A stretch of 27,678 bases of DNA, taken from positions 1 through 27,678 of the IMG/VR virus record IMGVR_UViG_3300044825_000459; one strand, 5' to 3'. Shown in pieces: positions 24,581 to 27,678 of this stretch. The position numbers were made by a program, and so were the translations under genes. The notes below the pieces were generated by a model. It was not told the DNA's origin. It was given only the letters and a program-made list of their open reading frames with translations, and ran no database searches. Every line of letters starts with the position of its first letter. Within the stretch, counting starts at the first letter, position 1. The stretch comes from a virus. Lineage: Duplodnaviria; Caudoviricetes.

Positions 24581-24599
24581 GGCCTCCTCCTCTCTGCGC

Positions 24600-25400
24600 T
24601 TAGACGCGCTTCAGTAAATCTTTCAGGTAATCCGGCATTGGAACCGCCTTTGCCCTTGCCTCTTCTTGAAGCTGCGCCAGCCTCTCAGACGCTTCGCGGT
24701 CGAGTCGTGCCTTTTCCCTAGCCCTTGCTGTCTCCTCCGCTCTAATGGCCTCCTGTGACTTCTTAGCGGGTGGTAGGGGTTCGTCCTCCCATTGCTCTGC
24801 GTTGAGCCATGTCGCCGGGTATGGCGTGTATGTGTCTTCCCGGTTAGGGTCTGCCGCGAATCTCTTTGCGCCGGCTAATGCCGCCTTGCGGTTCTCCGCT
24901 GACAGTTTGTCCCACGCTTTTCTTGCTGCTCCCTTTGCCGTTTTTCTTGGATACGCTTTCCAAAATAAATCGAACTCTCCGGGTGTTTCAATGGGTGGTT
25001 CATTAGGGTGTTTCATGAGACGTGAATGTCGCCCCGTAGCCGTCGTCAATGTCGGGTCGTTAGTGTCGTCAATGTCGGGTCGTACTTCTTTACGCGGCGG
25101 CGTTTTGTCGCCCCGTAACTTCTTTAACACGATTGTGTACCGGTGCGGTCTCCTGTCGTCTCGGCAGGTTGCCGACCCGCCTCCTCGCTTCTCGACCCAC
25201 AGCCAGCCGTCTTCCACAAGCTTGTTAATGCTGCGCTGAACTGTCCGGACATTGCAACTCGCCCGAGTCGCTATCGTCATCTGACTCGGCCATGCGTTAT
25301 CGCCTTCGTCTGTTGCGTGGTCAGCAATTACGAGCAGTATCATCTTTTCTGTCGTTGGTAAGTTGGTTCGCCAGACTTCGCTCATAATTCTGATACTCAT
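24600..25400 (-). CDS. Phage replication initiator (N-terminal winged HTH plus DnaD/O-like C-terminal domain)
   Basis: EKMILLVIADHA..EG..AWPSQMTIA...RTVQRSINKLVEDG and FDLFWKAYPRK...PYPATWLN...WED. Confidence 0.85.
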   Translation of the reverse strand: MSIRIMSEVWRTNLPTTEKMILLVIADHATDEGDNAWPSQMTIATRASCNVRTVQRSINKLVEDGWLWVEKRGGGSATCRDDRRPHRYTIVLKKLRGDKTPPRKEVRPDIDDTNDPTLTTATGRHSRLMKHPNEPPIETPGEFDLFWKAYPRKTAKGAARKAWDKLSAENRKAALAGAKRFAADPNREDTYTPYPATWLNAEQWEDEPLPPAKKSQEAIRAEETARAREKARLDREASERLAQLQEEARAKAVPMPDYLKDLLKRV

Positions 25401-25722
25401 GCGTGATTGCCTCTATCTCTTTTCGTTGTATTCCGTATTTGGTCAATTCGAGTGTCGCTATTTCCTGCGCGTACGACCCGTCGTTTTTCTTTAGCGCTGC
25501 TCGCTCTTTGGAAGACAGCCCGCCCCACATGCCGTAAATCTCGTGACGCATTCCGTAGGCGAGACACTTATCCCAAATCGGGCAGGAACCGCAAATCCTT
25601 CTTACCGGTTCCAGCCCAATGAGGTTGATGACTCGTTTGTCTTCTTCAATAATGTAGAAGAGGTTTGTTGGTGCGCCTTCACAAGCTGCGTCAGCCCAAT
25701 TTATTTGGTCGTACCCGGACAC
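25321..25722 (-). CDS. whiB: WhiB-family Fe-S transcription factor
   Basis: WADAAC...ICGSCPIWDKC...YGMWGGLS..ER (4 Cys plus the G-x-WGG turn). Start re-called to GTG at 25722. Confidence 0.93.
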   Translation of the reverse strand: MSGYDQINWADAACEGAPTNLFYIIEEDKRVINLIGLEPVRRICGSCPIWDKCLAYGMRHEIYGMWGGLSSKERAALKKNDGSYAQEIATLELTKYGIQRKEIEAITHEYQNYERSLANQLTNDRKDDTARNC

Positions 25723-26369
25723 CCGTTTACTCCGCTCGCGTCGTAGTAAGAGCAGTAAGAAGCGCAGAACCCTGCCCACTTTTCTGCCGGCGGCTGCGTG
25801 TTTGCTGCCGCCATTTGCTTAACTTCTTCCAGCCACTTGATTGCCGCTAGTGCCATGTCTTCGTCGTATGGCTCCCGGTGCGCTCGTATCTCGCTCATGA
25901 GGCCATCGCGCGGTACCGCTACTAGAGACACTTCGTTTACTGTGTATCCGTTTTTTGTTAGAAGGTAGCCGTACAGTTGAACTTGCCAACGCTGTTGTTC
26001 GTCCGGGAAGTATCTCAGGCTCTTCTTCTTTGTGGTCTTCCAATCCACGACGAGGCCGATGTCTTTGATAAATAAATCACAATGGCCTTTTAGTCCTTCG
26101 TACTCAAATGATTGTTCGATTAGAAAGTTGTCACCGAATGGGTCTTCTCTCTTAATCGCTTCGGCTATGCCGCTATGGATAAATGTTCCGAGAATTGACG
26201 CTAGTGACTCGGTGTCCGGGTTTGTCTTCGGTGCGTTTTGAAGCTGGTAGTAAACCTTGCGGCGGCAGCCTCCGATACTGCTAGGACCGATTTCTACTTG
26301 CTTGCTGCGGTCTCTGTTTTTATCGTAGGCGCTTAGGCTCTTGCTTAGTAAGTCGTTTAGGTCAATCAT
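25701..26369 (-). CDS. Cas4-like PD-(D/E)xK exonuclease
   Basis: IGPSSIGGC.R, GTFIH, GHCD...VVDWKT, QVQLY and C-terminal CxxxC...C (Fe-S ligands). Confidence 0.88.
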   Translation of the reverse strand: MIDLNDLLSKSLSAYDKNRDRSKQVEIGPSSIGGCRRKVYYQLQNAPKTNPDTESLASILGTFIHSGIAEAIKREDPFGDNFLIEQSFEYEGLKGHCDLFIKDIGLVVDWKTTKKKSLRYFPDEQQRWQVQLYGYLLTKNGYTVNEVSLVAVPRDGLMSEIRAHREPYDEDMALAAIKWLEEVKQMAAANTQPPAEKWAGFCASYCSYYDASGVNGCPGTTK

Positions 26370-26643
26370 TTTTCTCCGTCTTCCGAATTGTGTCAAGCAA
26401 GTATTGTGAGTCGAGCAGGATTGCCGGCGTCAAATCCTCCACATTGAGTTTTAATGCCTTCGTAACTTCTTCTCCGATTACATGTCGCCAGTAGTACTCG
26501 AACTCATGCGCTAGGACTTCCCAAGCGTTTACCGCTGTTCCGCCGTTCATGTTTTTTATACCTGAGTCGTTTACAACCGTTTTGTGCGCGTCTTCTCTAA
26601 TGAAGGCGAGCGCTTGGTCGTACAGGTGAATCTTCTCAATCAT
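26362..26643 (-). CDS. Hypothetical protein (93 aa)
   Basis: Overlaps both neighbours in operon fashion. Confidence 0.65.
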   Translation of the reverse strand: MIEKIHLYDQALAFIREDAHKTVVNDSGIKNMNGGTAVNAWEVLAHEFEYYWRHVIGEEVTKALKLNVEDLTPAILLDSQYLLDTIRKTEKND

Positions 26644-26773
26644 GGTGCATCGCTAATTCGGCAACTTCTTTTGCTGCCTCTTCGCGGCTTACACCCGGGT
26701 GCGTTTTGATGTACGCGTCTATGAAGCTCTCCAATAGGGATTGGTTTAGTCCTTCTTTGTTTTCTTTGCTCAT
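26636..26773 (-). CDS. Small hypothetical protein (45 aa)
   Basis: MSKENKEGLNQSLLESFIDAYIKTHPGVSREEAAKEVAELAMHHD, GGAAGGA RBS. Not in the ORF track. Confidence 0.62.
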   Translation of the reverse strand: MSKENKEGLNQSLLESFIDAYIKTHPGVSREEAAKEVAELAMHHD

Positions 26774-26785
26774 CTTTAATCCTTC

Positions 26786-26944
26786 CTAATGCTCGCAGGG
26801 TTCGTTGTAATCAAATTGGCAGAAATAGCAACCCATCTGTTCTCCATGCGCTTTACACACATACCGGAATTGACTTTGGTCGCAGCACATAAATGTCGGT
26901 TCATGGATTGTGTAGAACTTGTTTTGGTCAATCGCCGTCGTCAT
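26786..26944 (-). CDS. Small Cys-rich protein (52 aa)
   Basis: MTTAIDQNKF...MCCD...VCKAH...GCYFC...PCEH. ATGA overlap and GGAGG RBS. Not in the ORF track. Confidence 0.65.
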   Translation of the reverse strand: MTTAIDQNKFYTIHEPTFMCCDQSQFRYVCKAHGEQMGCYFCQFDYNEPCEH

Positions 26945-27309
26945 AGCGCCTCCATAGATGACCGAACAGATGTTCCAATGCTGCGCGCAATCTCTACTTG
27001 CGTTTTAATGCGCGCTGCGTTTGCTCTTGCTGCCTTCACTTGCGCCTCCGCCATTGCTACTTGTAAATGTAACTCTGCGTTTTCTAGTAGTGCCATGTCT
27101 TCTCTTTCGCTGACGGTGTAATTCTTTCCTGTCGGTGAAGACTTGGTGCTGTAAATCATTCTGCTACGCGCTATCGCAATTTCGTATTGCGCTTTGTAAC
27201 TGTTGTAATGGCTTTCGACTTCTACTAACTCGCTGTGTGAGTCGTCAATCTCTTTACTGAGGTCGTATAGTCGCTTCTCAATCTGCGCCGGTGTAACTAC
27301 ATTAGTCAT
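26941..27309 (-). CDS. Coiled-coil protein, possibly a UvsY-like recombination mediator (122 aa)
   Basis: Helical heptads with a TVSERE motif, near the Cas4-like exonuclease. The function is a weak inference. Confidence 0.55.
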   Translation of the reverse strand: MTNVVTPAQIEKRLYDLSKEIDDSHSELVEVESHYNSYKAQYEIAIARSRMIYSTKSSPTGKNYTVSEREDMALLENAELHLQVAMAEAQVKAARANAARIKTQVEIARSIGTSVRSSMEAL

Positions 27310-27433
27310 TTGTTCTAATCTCCCAACGCTCCGGTACAAACTTCCAACAGCGTAAGCAGCAAAGTTCGAACCAATCGTGTCCTATGATTGAGCAAACCAG
27401 TTTTTCTTTTACGAGGTGCCAAAACTTACTCAC
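27302..27433 (-). CDS. Small DUF1660-like Cys/His protein (43 aa)
   Basis: MSKFWHLVKEKLVCSIIGHDWFELCCLRCW..., pattern CxxxGHxW...CxRC. Overlaps both neighbours. Confidence 0.6.
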   Translation of the reverse strand: MSKFWHLVKEKLVCSIIGHDWFELCCLRCWKFVPERWEIRTND

Positions 27434-27677
27434 CGGCAAGCTCCTCTTCATCTAACTCGCTAACGCTGTCCGCGATGTCTGTCTTGTCTTGTACAACTGA
27501 TAGATGTTCCTTCGCCTTGCGCTTTTCAATCTCCATGACCTTCCATGAATCTGACGCGTAACCAAATGGGTCAGGTGTTAGTTGGTATCCGGCTGTGTCC
27601 AATGCTTTGCCAACCGTAACTCCGTCGAGGTTTAATGCCTCTGCGAGTCGGTGGATACTGACTTGCTGATGGTTGAT
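27426..27677 (-). CDS. Partial hypothetical protein (5' end outside the window)
   Basis: Open frame ...INHQQVSIHRLAEALNLDGVTVGKALDTAGYQLTPDPFG...EEELAGE*. Confidence 0.6.
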   Translation of the reverse strand: MNHQQVSIHRLAEALNLDGVTVGKALDTAGYQLTPDPFGYASDSWKVMEIEKRKAKEHLSVVQDKTDIADSVSELDEEELAGE

Positions 27678-27678
27678 T

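Noticed and set aside
25701-26369. Cas4-like gene as evidence of a CRISPR-Cas system
   Set aside because: No repeat-spacer array or other cas gene is visible. Solo Cas4-like exonucleases are common phage recombination proteins.
179-27121. Numerous plus-strand ORFs in the six-frame track (e.g. 8529-9311, 2519-3028, 24745-25239)
   Set aside because: They are antisense shadows of well-supported minus-strand genes, with no recognisable motifs.
1-27678. tRNA genes, integrase/att site, introns or stop-codon reassignment
   Set aside because: None was recognised by eye. Genes are intact and tightly packed under the standard bacterial code.

Overview
A 27.7-kb segment of a tailed (siphovirus-type) phage genome with every credible gene on the minus strand. 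The host is probably an actinobacterium, inferred from a WhiB gene and an actinobacterial-type SSB and transglycosylase. Read in transcription order (right to left): (1) DNA metabolism genes: Cas4-like exonuclease, WhiB, HTH replication initiator, RusA. (2) A run of small early genes behind two copies of a conserved promoter/leader hairpin. (3) Lytic transglycosylase, HNH, SSB and a MerR/Xis-type HTH. (4) A DNA-modification cassette: two ParB-N paralogs, a TET/JBP-type 2OG-Fe(II) dioxygenase and a P-loop kinase, directly upstream of the terminase genes. (5) Portal, a MuF minor head protein fused to an ADP-ribosyltransferase, a multidomain protease/scaffold, major capsid, connector, tail terminator, tail tube, a frameshifted tail chaperone, an HK97-gp10-like protein and the tape measure protein. 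The most notable observations are: a 40-aa ORF behind the MuF-ART gene whose motif SRFVDDGxGIVW recurs 12 kb away at the N-terminus of an early zinc-finger protein; a strand-asymmetric restriction of AGCT sites (43 of 44 counted by eye are AAGCT on +) next to the TET/kinase/ParB cassette; and a pseudoknot-capable RNA structure before the tail chaperone. All counts and family assignments were made by eye, with no database searches.
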